A stretch of 64,000 nucleotides of DNA from an uncultured Verrucomicrobiae bacterium (GCA_963760275.1 CAVXCM010000007.1:196921-260920); one strand, 5' to 3'; numbered from the stretch's first letter, positions 11,801 to 22,310 are shown. Numbers and translations: made by a program. Notes: generated from the letters alone by a model not told the origin.

Positions 11801-12778
11801 GGTGGTGCCGTTGGCTCCGGAAACGGCTGAATTGTTCTTGTACCATTGCAGCGCAATCGGCGGTTCCCCTTGAAGCGTGACGGAGAAACTCGCGGTCCGC
11901 GTCTCTTGCGTCGAAACGTTTTGAGGTTGAGTCAGGAAGATTGCCCGGCCGAGGTTGAACTCGTTTTTCTCCACTGCGTAATTGTTGCTAATCTGCGCCG
12001 CACTCAGGGCCTCGGCGTGGATGCGCAGCCTGCCCAAAGTGTGCGAGGCCCTTAACCCGCCCGTTACCGCCCCCGCCCCGTTATCGTATTGGGCTCCGAT
12101 GAGGATTGGAGTGCCTGCATGAATGCTCAAGGCCACGGCCTCGGAGTTCAGTTCGACACCATCCGAGTAAACACGCTGGGTTGTGCCGTCGTAGGTGTAG
12201 ACCAAATGATGCCAGACATTCGCGGCCGGAGCGCCGCCCCCGTTGAACCATCCCAAATCCGGAGCGCCCCAATGGCCGACAGCGCCCCATGCGCCGTTGG
12301 CACCGTAATTGAACGACATATTGGAACCGTCTGGTCCTCCGCGGAAACCCCAGGCCACGATTGTTTCCTCGTCCGGAATGTCGGGATTAAGGACCCACGC
12401 CTCAATCGAGCTGCTGGGATTCTCACCAACGATCGTATCCGGCGAATTCAACAATGCGCCGCCGGGCGAGGCCGCGTGTTGCAGAAAATCTCCGCCGTCG
12501 AAAACAATGCCGCGTGTGGCGTTGGTATTGGGTTGTCCAATGACAGGCGTGGCGACCGCTCCGCCGCGGGCCTCGAAGACGCCTCCCATCGTTCCGGTGT
12601 TGGTGATGGCGTTAAGCGGTCCGAAAGGCAGGGCAGTGGCGTTCACCTGCACCAACAACTCGCCTGCCACTTGCACCTGCGCTCGCGCAGTGGAAATCAA
12701 TCCAACCGTAGCTAAGGCGGCCGTCAGAAGGGGAAATGCCGACGAAGTAGTCCGATGAGTTTGGGTCGTCTGGAACAT
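8840..12778 (-). CDS. Large secreted protein with three LamG/ConA-like domains plus Ig-like repeats
   Basis: Signal peptide; WHHLVYTYDG and repeated WSRIFD(I/F)GST...VNVWLGRS..GD..GEY.EFR.Y blocks; Ig/Big-like SSSDS.V segments. Confidence 0.8.
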   Translation of the reverse strand: MFQTTQTHRTTSSAFPLLTAALATVGLISTARAQVQVAGELLVQVNATALPFGPLNAITNTGTMGGVFEARGGAVATPVIGQPNTNATRGIVFDGGDFLQHAASPGGALLNSPDTIVGENPSSSIEAWVLNPDIPDEETIVAWGFRGGPDGSNMSFNYGANGAWGAVGHWGAPDLGWFNGGGAPAANVWHHLVYTYDGTTQRVYSDGVELNSEAVALSIHAGTPILIGAQYDNGAGAVTGGLRASHTLGRLRIHAEALSAAQISNNYAVEKNEFNLGRAIFLTQPQNVSTQETRTASFSVTLQGEPPIALQWYKNNSAVSGANGTTMVQTNLMVSDSGSQFYAVASNFSGGSSFVATSSVATLTVVGDTAPPTVLQARANSSTQIELVFSEAIRPSDATNAANYTLSGPGGLSVTGAALGNDASRVVLTVNAPLLECESYRVAVSGVRDASPSGNVIAAGTSISFFNYGLTGLARRYTFNLPPNPNATGASVPDSLGGAPGVVRNGSGTTTFTGDRVTLSGGDDLVAPYIDLPNGIVSANSTNLGGTGKLTLEGWVRITGTFNWSRIFDIGSTDIGGGVGGEVTGPGGPNNNGAGLDYLMLSASIGTDNNNRRLEFRNEDPAGGGISTVDHATTSFNQMTHFVVTWDEATGQITTYENGNQVSTTFTDDPMSAINDVNVWLGRSNWRGDDNIRGEYDEFRVYSNVLSLAEVRLNNGGGPDNSFGALTSLRIVPSTNVFYTNNVGTVRVLAGFSNGSTQNLALSPCAIYSSSDSNIVYITPDGVLRTVNEGTATVRVVLGGLTNSTQISVIIDSIPPTLVSANARGPREIEVVFSEPLSVGTASEASNFAVSSPGAPPGTINVVSVTQLSDQSRVVLQLDGSLPCEFITVTVSDLEDQSPLRNKIIAGSEIGFFNYIPSGLVHRYTFNNVAGSAAPTTVIPDAMGTANGTLIGSGASFTGQRLILPGGSSASAPYVDLPNGLLSTNSTNNGGSGQVTFEGWVKVTGNRAWSRIFDFGSTGPCCGMGGEITGTGGGGEGIDYFFYSAQNGGDINTRRVDVTNRDQADHGTVGRDFAITNFNQEIHFVVSWNEATGLITVHENGVQRTNMYTVAAMNEINDVNVWLGRSTWTGDANLQGEYNEFRIYDRILGTNEIAFNRAIGPDNILGQPTAFRLEGTNHVQFGRSIPVRALVDFTTRSNVDLTASGCVVFQSSDSSVVTNDSAGLRALNLGSATVTASFNGMSTSIVFTVGYQMQFRGLSAGSSYNLQVASQVTGPWTTIASRTAGPGGVIDFEDVIPRGSQAFFRAVPVSPP

Positions 12779-13019
12779 TCGGATTTGATACCGAGATTAT
12801 TTTTGCGGAGCAACGATTTTGTGGCGGAGGCCTTGGCAATTGGTGCATCCCAACACTGCATTGTTTGGAGTTCCGCCGTGAGGCGGCCAGTGGATGTTGA
12901 CGCGTCGGACTCAATTCTCGTGGAAGGTGGGGGATTGCGAACGTCCCCGTCGCATCAGCCAGCGTTCCCCGTAAACCCGAGCTGTGGTGTCCAGACTGAA
13001 CGGTGCCTTCGTTTCTTGG

Positions 13020-13200
13020 TGTTCCTCTTGTTTAGACGCAGACGTAAAATCTAATCCTGTTGTGAAGTCCTCATTTCTCCCGGTGTTGGCAATCATCGCA
13101 TTCTTGCTGACAGCTGTTGAATCCAGCGCGCAAAGCAGCAATCGAATCGAGGTATCCGCGCGTGCTGTGCTCACCAACGATGCAATGCAACTCGGCGACG
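13020..13200 (+). repeat. Diverged 181-bp direct repeat, copy A (PEP-CTERM tail plus 5' end of the next gene)
   Basis: Ungapped similarity to 13855-14035, including the shared gcgcaaagcagcaatcgaatcgag. Confidence 0.85.
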
Positions 13201-13322
13201 TCTGACCGACTCGATGGCACATGACGTTGAAAACAGACTGTGCGCGCCAATTCACGGTGCTTTTCGTCGAGCAAAAGCGTTGTGTGCCGCGCCGGAATGC
13301 AAATAATGCCACCGATGCAGCC

Positions 13323-13955
13323 ATGAACTCATCTCCCCCCAAACAATATCGCGCACTGTTGCTCGCACTATTTGTGAGTGCCTTACTCAGCGCATTTGCA
13401 CTGAGGACGAACGGCCAAGGCCATCTCCAATTCGCAAATACCAGCGCCACGCGGCTCACAAATGCCCTCACCCTACAGCCCGCCCACGTCGGAATGGTAG
13501 TGGGCCTCTACATCTCGCTGGATATTAACGCACCGGATTCCGCTCTCATGCTCGGCACGCAAACAAATCTGTTTGCGCCAGGCCGCTTTAGCCAGTTCGT
13601 AATCCTCAGCAACGTTCCAGAATACTCTTTCATTCGCGCACAGGTGAGAGCTTGGTCGGAACAATATGGAACGTACGAACAGGCTGTCGCCACCGGTGAT
13701 CCCAGCGTTCTCGCCGGCGTTTCCAATCCATTCATAATCTCCGCCTCAGGAGGAACACTTCCCGTAGAAAATACGGCTCAGTTTATGGCACCTTTTCTTG
13801 TTACGCCCGTGCCGGAACCGAAGCCGGTTCTTTTACTGATGTTTTTTTTGGGGATGTTCCTTTTGTTTAGGCGCAGATGCCGAATGCAATCCTTTCATGA
13901 ACCCCTCGTTTCTCCCGCGGTTGGCAATCATCCCACTCCTGCTGACAGGCATTGA
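13323..13955 (+). CDS. PEP-CTERM sorting domain protein
   Basis: Signal peptide, QVRAWS motif, VPEP-hydrophobic-RRR C-terminus. Confidence 0.8.
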   Translation: MNSSPPKQYRALLLALFVSALLSAFALRTNGQGHLQFANTSATRLTNALTLQPAHVGMVVGLYISLDINAPDSALMLGTQTNLFAPGRFSQFVILSNVPEYSFIRAQVRAWSEQYGTYEQAVATGDPSVLAGVSNPFIISASGGTLPVENTAQFMAPFLVTPVPEPKPVLLLMFFLGMFLLFRRRCRMQSFHEPLVSPAVGNHPTPADRH

Positions 13956-14035
13956 ATCCAAGGCGCAAAGCAGCAATCGAATCGAGATATCCGCGCGTGC
14001 TGCGCTCACCAACGATGCGGCGCAACTCCGCGACG
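13855..14035 (+). repeat. Diverged 181-bp direct repeat, copy B
   Basis: Matches 13020-13200 at an offset of 835 nt. Confidence 0.85.
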
Positions 14036-14802
14036 GTTCGGGTCGCCCTTTTTCTGTGGCCAAGAGCGCCACCACGTCTCCGACCAACTCGTTTACCTTC
14101 GTGTCCGTGGAAGGAAGGCCGGACGAGACCGGGCCGCCCGACACTTACGGCGCAGTAGGTCTGGAGCATGTCTTGACGATCCTCAATCTCGACGTTCGGG
14201 TTCACTCGCGCGGCGGAAGCTTGCTCTACTCCAATTCGTTGCTTGGATTCTGGAATAACACGAATAGTTCGAGGGTCTTAGATCCTCGCGCCGCTTTTGA
14301 TCCCCTGGCTCAGCGATGGATCGTGATTAGCGCGGCCAACGCTCAACAAGCTTCGTCGCGGATCCTGATTGGCGTTTCGAAGGACAGCACGCCGACCAAT
14401 GGCTGGTGGACCTGGGATGTCAAAGCGGACACCGACAGTACATTGTGGGCGGATTTTCCGACACTCGGTTTCAACAAAGACTGGATCGTCGTTCAGGCGA
14501 ACATGGGATTAATTGCAGGAGGCGAACCCATCCATCGTTCCCATATTTGGGTGTTCAACAAGACGAGCCTTTATGCGGGAACGTTTCAAAGCCCGACGCT
14601 GTTTGTGCAGACAAATACACTCACCGCCGGTGGCGAATATCCCGCCGTCACTTATGACGAGTCGCTTTCGACTGTCTATCTTCTGCAAAACGTCAACGGG
14701 AGCAATGGCTGTTTGAGGCTCTATAGTATCACCGGGTCGATCGGAGAAGAAACGCTCAATGGCGTAGAGACACCGGTGTATATCAGGATTGGCGCGAGTT
14801 GA
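13897..14802 (+). CDS. Secreted hypothetical protein, probably C-terminally truncated
   Basis: Signal peptide; PPDT.GAVG..HV, DPRAAFD and WADFPTLG motifs; ends abruptly where the GH fragment starts. Confidence 0.55.
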   Translation: MNPSFLPRLAIIPLLLTGIESKAQSSNRIEISARAALTNDAAQLRDGSGRPFSVAKSATTSPTNSFTFVSVEGRPDETGPPDTYGAVGLEHVLTILNLDVRVHSRGGSLLYSNSLLGFWNNTNSSRVLDPRAAFDPLAQRWIVISAANAQQASSRILIGVSKDSTPTNGWWTWDVKADTDSTLWADFPTLGFNKDWIVVQANMGLIAGGEPIHRSHIWVFNKTSLYAGTFQSPTLFVQTNTLTAGGEYPAVTYDESLSTVYLLQNVNGSNGCLRLYSITGSIGEETLNGVETPVYIRIGAS

Positions 14803-15302
14803 GGAACGATTCGCTCAAAGATCCGCTCTTGCATGAGATCATCAAACTCGCCGATGTGGTGAGTCCCTGGACGGTGGGCCGCTACAAAACGCAGGCCGAA
14901 GTGACGCGGCACGAAACCAACGTGCTCAAGCCGGACCTTGCGTGGTGCGCAGCGGCGAAGGTGGATTACCTGCCAGTCGTGTTTCCCGGTTTCAGTTGGC
15001 ACAACATGAATCCCCGCAGCGCGCTCGACTTCATTCCGCGGCGGAAAGGCGAGTTTCTCTGGTCGCAGTTCATCGCCGCCAAGCGCGCCGGGACGCAGAG
15101 TGTTTACGTGGCGATGTTTGACGAAGTGGACGAAGGCACGGCCATCTTCAAATGCACGAATGACGTCCCGGTGGATGAACAATCGAAGTTCGTTACCTAT
15201 GAAGGCTTGCCGAGCGACTTTTATCTCAAGCTCACCGGCGCGGGTGGAAAGTTGATCCGCGACGAGATTCCGCTCGGCGAAAAAATACCAGCGCTGAAGT
15301 GA
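14799..15302 (+). pseudogene. C-terminal fragment of a GH71/GH99-like (xylosidase/arabinosidase-annotated) glycoside hydrolase
   Basis: ADVVSPWTVGRY, YLPVVFPGFSWHN, YVAMFDEVDEGTAIFK; N-terminal half absent. Confidence 0.7.
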
Positions 15303-15375
15303 GCGGCCGCAGCGACGTCAGCGCTGGGTTCGCCACGGGATTGTCATGAGCCCTCGAGTCTTTTAACTTCGTCGC

Positions 15376-16867
15376 ATGTCCCCAACCCCCATTCGCACTG
15401 TGGTTGTCCTGGGCGGCGGCAGCGCCGGCTTCATGGCTGCCATTACGTTGAAACGGAAACTCCCGCACTTGCGCGTCCGTGTGGTTCGCAGCCCGGATAT
15501 CAGCATCATTGGCGTGGGTGAAGGGACCACGCTGTCGTTCCCCAAACACTTCTTCGAATACCTCCGCCTCAAGCCCCAGCAGTTTTACGCTGAGGCCGAG
15601 CCGACGTGGAAGTTGGGCATCAAGTTCCTGTGGGGACCGCGGCGCGAGTTTTACTACACGTTCTCCTACGAGTTTCAGCAGCGCTTTCCAGAGTTGTCGC
15701 GCAACAACGGCTTCTTCTACGGCGAGGAATATAATTACGCCGGCCGAGCCTCAGCGTTCATGGCCCACGAAAAGGCATTCCCGCGGCGACCGGATGGCAC
15801 CCCCGAGTTCCACAACAATCACGCCTACCACATTGAGAACAAGAAACTCGTCGCCTGGCTGGAAAATGTTTCCCGCAGTTTGGGTGTGGAGATTACCGAC
15901 GCCACCGTGACGCCGGAACGGGGCGAGGCCGGCATCGCCGCCCTGGTCACGGAAACGGGCGAACGCATCACGGGAGAGTCTATACATCGACGCCTCCGGA
16001 TTTCGCAGTGAACTGCTGGGACGCGCTCTCGGCGAGCCCTTCCTCAGCTATGCCGATGCCCTTTTCTGTGACCGCGCGGTGATTGGCGGCTGGGCGCGGA
16101 CCGACGAACCGATCAAACCGTACACCGTGGCTGAGACGATGGACTCGGGCTGGTGCTGGCAGATCGAGCACGAGAATTGGATCAATCGCGGCTACGTTTA
16201 CGCCTCCAGCTTTATCAGCGACCAAGCTGCCCTCGATGAGTTTCTGAAAAAGAATCCCAAAGTCTCGAATGAGCCGCGCGTAGTGAAGTTCCGCAGCGGC
16301 CGTTACGCGCGCAACTGGGTGGGCAACGTGGTCGGCGTCGGCAATGCCGTGGGATTTGTCGAACCGTTGGAGGCCACGGCGCTGCAAATCATCTGCGTGG
16401 AAGCGAGCACGCTGGCCGACTCGCTCATCGACAGCCTCTGCGAACCGAACCCCACCCTCGCCACACTGTATAACGACTACAATTCACGCGCGTGGGATGA
16501 CATCCGCGACTTCCTCGCCGTCCACTATAAATTCAACACGCGACTCGACACTCCGTTCTGGAACGCGGCTCGGAATGACACAGCGCTGCACGGCGCGCAG
16601 TTCCTCGTCGATTTCTACCGGGAGAATGGGCCGAGCGTGGTGGCGGGCACACAATTGCTTCATCCTTCCAACTCATTCGGCATGGATGGCTACCTGGCCA
16701 TGCTGGTGGGTCAAAACGTACCGCACGCCAAACCCTTCACGCCGCCCGCCAAGGAGAAAGATATCTGGCGCAATCGTTGCAACACCTGGGCGACGGACGC
16801 GCGACGCGGATTGGACGTGAAGCAATGCCTCGAGGCCATCCGCAAGCCCGGCATGAAGTGGAGTTAA
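15376..16867 (+). CDS. Flavin-dependent tryptophan halogenase family protein (one frameshift near 15980)
   Basis: GGGSAG FAD motif, IGVGEGT, WKLGIKF, GWCWQI (WxWxI), FVEPLEAT; split over ORFs 15376-16011 and 16079-16867. Confidence 0.9.
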
Positions 16868-16975
16868 AGATCAAAGTGAACGTCGCGAATGTTCCCGATG
16901 CTGGCTCCACGTTCTTCCTCCTCGGCGCTGGCGAGTGTGGCGATAGTCACGCTGGCCCGTCGCCGTAACGCCTGA
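16868..16975 (+). pseudogene. Orphan VPDSG-CTERM-type sorting tail
   Basis: VPDAGSTFFLL, then with a 1-nt shift ALASVAIVTLARRRNA-stop; no upstream passenger domain. Confidence 0.6.
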
Positions 16976-17051
16976 ATCTCATCGATCACTAAAATGGGAA
17001 GGCCGCTCTTCGGAGCGGCCTTCGCCATTTTCACACCGAGCTTTCGCCGCT

Positions 17052-18583
17052 TCACAACACTCGAATGACAATCGCCGTCACGTCATCCATTTGCGGCGAC
17101 GCTCCGGAGAATTCACGCACAGCGCGATAAAGCGCATCGAGCACTTCCCGGGCAGGCTTGGCCACATTCTCCCGAACCACGTTCAACATTCGCTCGGTCC
17201 CGAAGAATGTCTCGTCCGGCGCCATGGCTTCCTCGATGCCATCCGTCAGCAGCAATATAACATCGCCGGATTGCAGTTGGACATTCACTGGGCTGCCAAA
17301 GGTGGCGGTTGGATTGATGCCCAGCGGCACCGCTGTCCGCTTGAGCAGCGTCTTGATCTCTCCGCCCGAACCAAGCACGTAGCCGGTGGGATGTCCCGCG
17401 CTTGCGTAGCAAAACGTGCGCGTCTTGGGGTCAATCTTTCCGAGGAACAAGGTCACGTAACGATCGTCCCCGATGTCCTCGGCCAGGATGCGGTTTGCCG
17501 TGGTGAGGATCTCGCCAATGTCTTCGAGGTTGGCCGCCAGGGTCCGCAGGTAGGCGCGTGTTTCCGCCATGAGCAGCGCGGGGCCGATGCCGTGACCCGT
17601 GACATCCGCCACGATGACGCCCAGGTTGCCGTTCATCATGGACAGGTAATCAAAATAATCGCCACCCGTCGCTTCGGCGGGGTACGTGACCCCAGCGATG
17701 TCGAAGCCGTCCAATGCCGGCGCACTCTTGGGGAAGAGGCGTTGCTGAATTTCGCGCGCCACCTGGAATTGTTCCTGGTTGTCCCGCAGTTGCCGCTCAG
17801 TGCGTTTGCGGGCCGTGATGTCGCGCACGAAGGCGACGTGCCGCCGTTCGCCGTGCATCTCCATGCTGGTGAAGCTCACTTCGATCACGATCTCGCGCCC
17901 ATCCTTGCGCCGCCCCACCGTTTCCACGACCCGGGGAATGTTCGCCTTATCGCCGGTGCGCAAATAGTTCTCGATGCCGCGCGCTTCTTCACTGCGCAAT
18001 TCATCCGGCAATAACGCGGCCAACGGTTGCCCGACGATCTCGTCCGGCTTGCAACCGAATACCGTTTCCACGGCAGGATTCACGAAGTGGATCTTGCTCT
18101 CTGAATCCATGAGCAGGACGGCGTCCGGGGAGGATTCCCAGAGCAGTCGATAGCGCAATTCGCTCTCGAGCAATTTCTCCCGCGCCTCGCGCCGTTCGCG
18201 CCGGTTTGCCGCCTCACGAATTTCCCGCTCGATGGCCGGCGCGAGCCGATTGAGATTTCCCTTCATCAGGTAGTCGTGCGCGCCGGCTTTCATCGCGGCC
18301 ACGGCGGTGGCTTCACCGATGCCACCGGAGATGATGATGAAGGGAAGGTCTAACTCGCTCTTCCTGGAGAATCTTTAGCGCCTCGGGCGCGCTGAATGTG
18401 GGAAGATTATAATCCGAGAGAATGATGTCCCAGCTTTTTGGCCGTCAGCGCCTTTTGCATCGCGTCCGCGACCTCAACGCGTTCAGACACGACCTCGTAG
18501 CCGCTTTTGCGGACGAGGCTCGTGATCATCTGAGCGTCGAACTCTGAATCTTCGACGATCAACACACGGAGCACTGGCTTCAT
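17052..18583 (-). CDS. Response regulator-PAS-SpoIIE/PP2C phosphatase (RsbU/RsbP-like), frameshifted in the REC domain
   Basis: MKPVLRVLIVEDSEFD start at 18583; AMKAGAHDYL, PAS domain, GGDYFD, VADVTGHG, TDGIEEA, DDVT. Confidence 0.85.
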
Positions 18584-18667
18584 AGCACGCGAAACAGAAA
18601 TGAAACTTAATGGAAGCCCGCCGCCGTTAACAAATGAAAAGGGACGAACTGCCTGAACCCATCGTAG

Positions 18668-19213
18668 TTAGCCTTCTTTGCGGAAATGGCACCCACGACA
18701 CAACACCGCCAGCCATGCGGCTCCCATCGCCAGCGCATACCCGGACGGCTCAGGAACGCCCGAGATGACGAAGCCTCCCACCTGGCCCGGGTTGGTGCCG
18801 AATAATTCCACGGGACCGGAGGAGGGAAAGACAGAGACAAAACCCACCGTGGACTGACCGAAATAAAGCGGATGGCTCGAAGCATTTTGGCCAAACAGCG
18901 TGGACCAGGCGCGCACTTGGAATGACACAGTCTGGCCGGGAATCCCCAAGGCCACGTTGCCTCCCTCAAAACGACCGTTGACGATCGTCGGGTTTGCCGC
19001 CACTGCCGCCAGGGACATCGTTTCCGCCGACTGGCCCAACGGCCCGGTGTAAAGCGCGAATTGAAACGTGTTGAAGCCCTGGATCACTCCCATCTGCCCG
19101 TTGAAATTCGAACTGATCAATGTCGTGGGCGTGTTGCCGAAATGAACCGTTCCCTGGGCGAAGGCTGAGGCAGAAAGAAGCAGGGCCACAGCCGCCCCCA
19201 CAATGAGTTTCAT
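18668..19213 (-). CDS. PEP-CTERM sorting domain protein
   Basis: MKLIVG signal peptide, AQGTVHFGN, FQVRAWS, VPEPSGYAL-hydrophobic-RK. Confidence 0.85.
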   Translation of the reverse strand: MKLIVGAAVALLLSASAFAQGTVHFGNTPTTLISSNFNGQMGVIQGFNTFQFALYTGPLGQSAETMSLAAVAANPTIVNGRFEGGNVALGIPGQTVSFQVRAWSTLFGQNASSHPLYFGQSTVGFVSVFPSSGPVELFGTNPGQVGGFVISGVPEPSGYALAMGAAWLAVLCRGCHFRKEG

Positions 19214-19437
19214 GGTGCCAAGACGAAGACAGAGGCCGCAGGAGACTGCAAGCGTGATGACACCTGTTTTTTCCACGCCCTCGAACCACCGCTCCCACCC
19301 GTTCTTCCCCACTCCATCCTCCGTCGTTCGCTCGGCGCTTCATCCGTGGTTCAACACACAGCCCAAGCACGCCGTTTGGTTCGGCCGGGAAACAACCGCA
19401 TCGCGAACCAGCCGCTCTCACGCTAGATTTCCGCGCG

Positions 19438-19833
19438 ATGGAGAATTCCAGCATCGAAGGAACGCGCGTGGACAAGTGGCTGTGGGCCGTGCGCCTGTTC
19501 AAGACCCGCTCGCTCGCCGCCAAAGCCTGCCGCGATGGCCAGGTGCTGATCGATGGCCATCCAGTGAAGCCCGCGCGCGAGGTCCGTTCCGGCGAAACCA
19601 TTACGGCCAAAGCCGCGGGCGTGAAGCGCACCGTAAAAATCCTCGCGGCGCCCGCCAGCCGCATTGGCGCCAAGCTGGTGCCGGAATTCATGGAAGACCT
19701 CACGCCGGAATCTGAATTTGAGAAGGCGCGCGAGGCCGCGCGTCCGCCGAAATTCTCCTGGAGCAAAGGCGTCGGGCGACCCACCAAAAAGAGCCGCCGA
19801 TTGTGGGAACAATTCGGCACCGAAAATCCCTGA
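19438..19833 (+). CDS. hslR: S4-domain ribosome-associated heat shock protein Hsp15
   Basis: RVDKWLWAVRLFKTRSLA...GRPTKK. Confidence 0.9.
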   Translation: MENSSIEGTRVDKWLWAVRLFKTRSLAAKACRDGQVLIDGHPVKPAREVRSGETITAKAAGVKRTVKILAAPASRIGAKLVPEFMEDLTPESEFEKAREAARPPKFSWSKGVGRPTKKSRRLWEQFGTENP

Positions 19834-19972
19834 ACATGTTCAAGCGCCAACCCGGCCCCCAATTCAGCCCCGGGTAGGGCACCGCTGTCTCAGCGCGCCG
19901 GGCCACACTGGAACCATCGTCACCGTCTCACTCCCTTCGCGTCCTTCGCATCTTCGCGCGAGCATTCCTCCC

Positions 19973-21523
19973 TCACCGCATCACCGGCAACCTCAGGCAC
20001 ACTGCCTCGCGATCGTTCCGGACCACCAGCAAGTCACCCGCGAGCGCAGGCGGGTTCCACGTCTTTGCGGAGAACACTTTGAAGCGCGCCACTTCCCGTT
20101 GCTCACGGGCGTCCGGCTCCACCAGCACGATGTCGCCGTTCTCCGCCGTCAGGAGAATCACGTCGCCCACCAGAATCATCTGGCCATGCCCGTAGCGATC
20201 GCCCTTCCATCGCAACTCGCCCGTCGCCAATTCCACACACACCAAAGCGCCATCATCCAAGCCGTAGAGGAACCCGCGATGTTGAAGGATGTTGGCGAAC
20301 TTCGATTTGAGCCGAATGGATTTCCAGACGCGCTGCGTGCGCCAGCGATTGTCCCGGAACGTCAGTTGTAGAAGCTCGCTGCCTGTGCCGTAGCCACTCG
20401 ACACCAGCAACGAATCCGTTCCGACCGCCAGCGGCGCCGCCACATGTGGATGCCCGCCGCGCCACGGATGTTGCCACAAGAGTTTCCCCGTCCGCTCATC
20501 ATGCCCGGCCACGGTCTCGTTGAAGGTGACGATCTGCGCCGGTTGATCGAGGAAACTCAATCGCACGGGCGAACTCCAGTGGGCGTTATCATTTCCCGCC
20601 GTCCAGAGGCGCGCCCCCGTCCGCTTATCGTAGGCGACGAGCGTGTGACCCGCCCCACCCACGACCACGATCACCGCCTTTTCGGTTACCAGTGGCGAAC
20701 CAGCCACGCCCCAATCCGGAACCTTCGCTCCATGTTGCGCCAGGACGTTCGTGGTCCAAATCACTTTGCCCGTTCCCAGCTCCAGGCAATTGAGCACTCC
20801 AGCTCCACCGATGGCATAAACGTGCTGGTCGGAAATCGCAGGCGTGGCGCGCGGACCTTCCCCCGCAATTGTCGTGGCATAGCGCGACTTATCCGCATGC
20901 GACCACACCTCGCGCCCCGTCAACAAGTCGTAGCACACCACAAGCTCTTCCTCGCCGCGCTGTTCCTGTGTAATCGCTCGGGCCCCTTCCACCGCGAAGC
21001 CCGACCACGCCGCGCCCACCCCATGACGCCACAATTCCACCGGCGGCGTTCGCTTCCAGTCACGGGCCAGTCGCGGTCCTGGCAAAACACCGTCTCGAGT
21101 GGGACCGAGGAACTGAGGATAGCGATTGGTGAGCTGGAGTCCCGCGGCATCGTTGGTGGGTGAACTCGGCGGAATCACCACGACCCTGGGTTGATTCCAA
21201 CGCCCTTCCACAATGGGAAACAAATCCCCTGTGACTCCCGTGATGCGCAGGCCGAACCGGCAAAACACCAGGACAGCCACCATCCCCACGAACACCGCCC
21301 ACCGCACACGCGCCGGCCACTTCGAACCAAACAAAACCCAGACCAAAAAACCCGCGAACGCCGCGAACAACAGGATGACCGTGCGGACCCATTGATCCTG
21401 CCGCTGGATATCGTGAAAGAACCACAACCACGCCAGCGCCACCGCGATCAAGCCAAGGTAAATGGCCAGCACCCGCAGGCCACGACGACGGGACGGCGGA
21501 GAAGTGGGAGCGTCGGCGATCAT
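19973..21523 (-). CDS. Membrane-anchored PQQ-like/BamB-type beta-propeller protein
   Basis: Three N-terminal TM segments, YPQFLGPTRDG, GPRATP, WNPPALAG. Confidence 0.85.
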   Translation of the reverse strand: MIADAPTSPPSRRRGLRVLAIYLGLIAVALAWLWFFHDIQRQDQWVRTVILLFAAFAGFLVWVLFGSKWPARVRWAVFVGMVAVLVFCRFGLRITGVTGDLFPIVEGRWNQPRVVVIPPSSPTNDAAGLQLTNRYPQFLGPTRDGVLPGPRLARDWKRTPPVELWRHGVGAAWSGFAVEGARAITQEQRGEEELVVCYDLLTGREVWSHADKSRYATTIAGEGPRATPAISDQHVYAIGGAGVLNCLELGTGKVIWTTNVLAQHGAKVPDWGVAGSPLVTEKAVIVVVGGAGHTLVAYDKRTGARLWTAGNDNAHWSSPVRLSFLDQPAQIVTFNETVAGHDERTGKLLWQHPWRGGHPHVAAPLAVGTDSLLVSSGYGTGSELLQLTFRDNRWRTQRVWKSIRLKSKFANILQHRGFLYGLDDGALVCVELATGELRWKGDRYGHGQMILVGDVILLTAENGDIVLVEPDAREQREVARFKVFSAKTWNPPALAGDLLVVRNDREAVCLRLPVMR

Positions 21524-21695
21524 ATTGTTCTGCGCGCGAAAGGAACGGGTTCAACCATTTCCAACAATTCACTCGCCCACCGGCCAAACGTCACGAAATA
21601 AATCCAGACCGATGAGACCGCGCAGCATTGAAACGGCAAAACGAAAAAGCCGGAACGATTTGCTCGCTCCGGCTTCTGTTGTTGCTGGGCCTGGC

Positions 21696-22310
21696 TTACA
21701 TCGCCATGCGCGAGATGGGGTCGCTCCAATCGCTGTAGCCGGTGCTCCCGCCGATGGCGCGAGCCTGCACCGTATACGTGATGCCGGGCGTAAGGTTCTC
21801 AATCAGGATAGGACGGGAATAAGTGAACAGTCCCACCAACTGCCACCCACTGGTCCCATAACTCATGCGCACCTCATAGGCGCGCGCCGTGGGCACGCGC
21901 TTGAGGCGCAAGCCGAGTTGGGTGCTCTGGGGATTATCCAAACGTTCCACTTCAGGCTTCACCAACACCACTTGCGTATGATTTGTGCGCACGGCATCGA
22001 AGCCCGAGGAGAGCAGCATGGCGAGGTCCTCCCCGGCGATGCTCTGCACATACGCCGCTTCCTGGCGAAGGCTGCTGAGCAGGAATGTCCGCGCCGCATT
22101 CTTGGCCGCGACATTCTGCCGGCCGCCTTGCATGGCGGCGGCGATCGCGTTGGCGAACACGGTGCGGGCCGCGGCGAGGCTCGCCATGCTGATGATTGGC
22201 GCGGCAAACGATTCGTTCCCTGTCATCTTTTGCACCACGTTATCCGCGAAGGAATTGAGCGGTGAGTCGGACAATCGGGCGAAGCCTAATGAAGTGCGAT
22301 ATGTAGCCAT
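21696..22310 (-). CDS. Fibronectin type III domain protein (helical N-terminus + FN3), no signal peptide
   Basis: C-terminal NLTPGITYTVQARAIGGSTGYSDWSDP; ggaaaggaaac SD-like sequence upstream. Confidence 0.8.
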   Translation of the reverse strand: MATYRTSLGFARLSDSPLNSFADNVVQKMTGNESFAAPIISMASLAAARTVFANAIAAAMQGGRQNVAAKNAARTFLLSSLRQEAAYVQSIAGEDLAMLLSSGFDAVRTNHTQVVLVKPEVERLDNPQSTQLGLRLKRVPTARAYEVRMSYGTSGWQLVGLFTYSRPILIENLTPGITYTVQARAIGGSTGYSDWSDPISRMAM

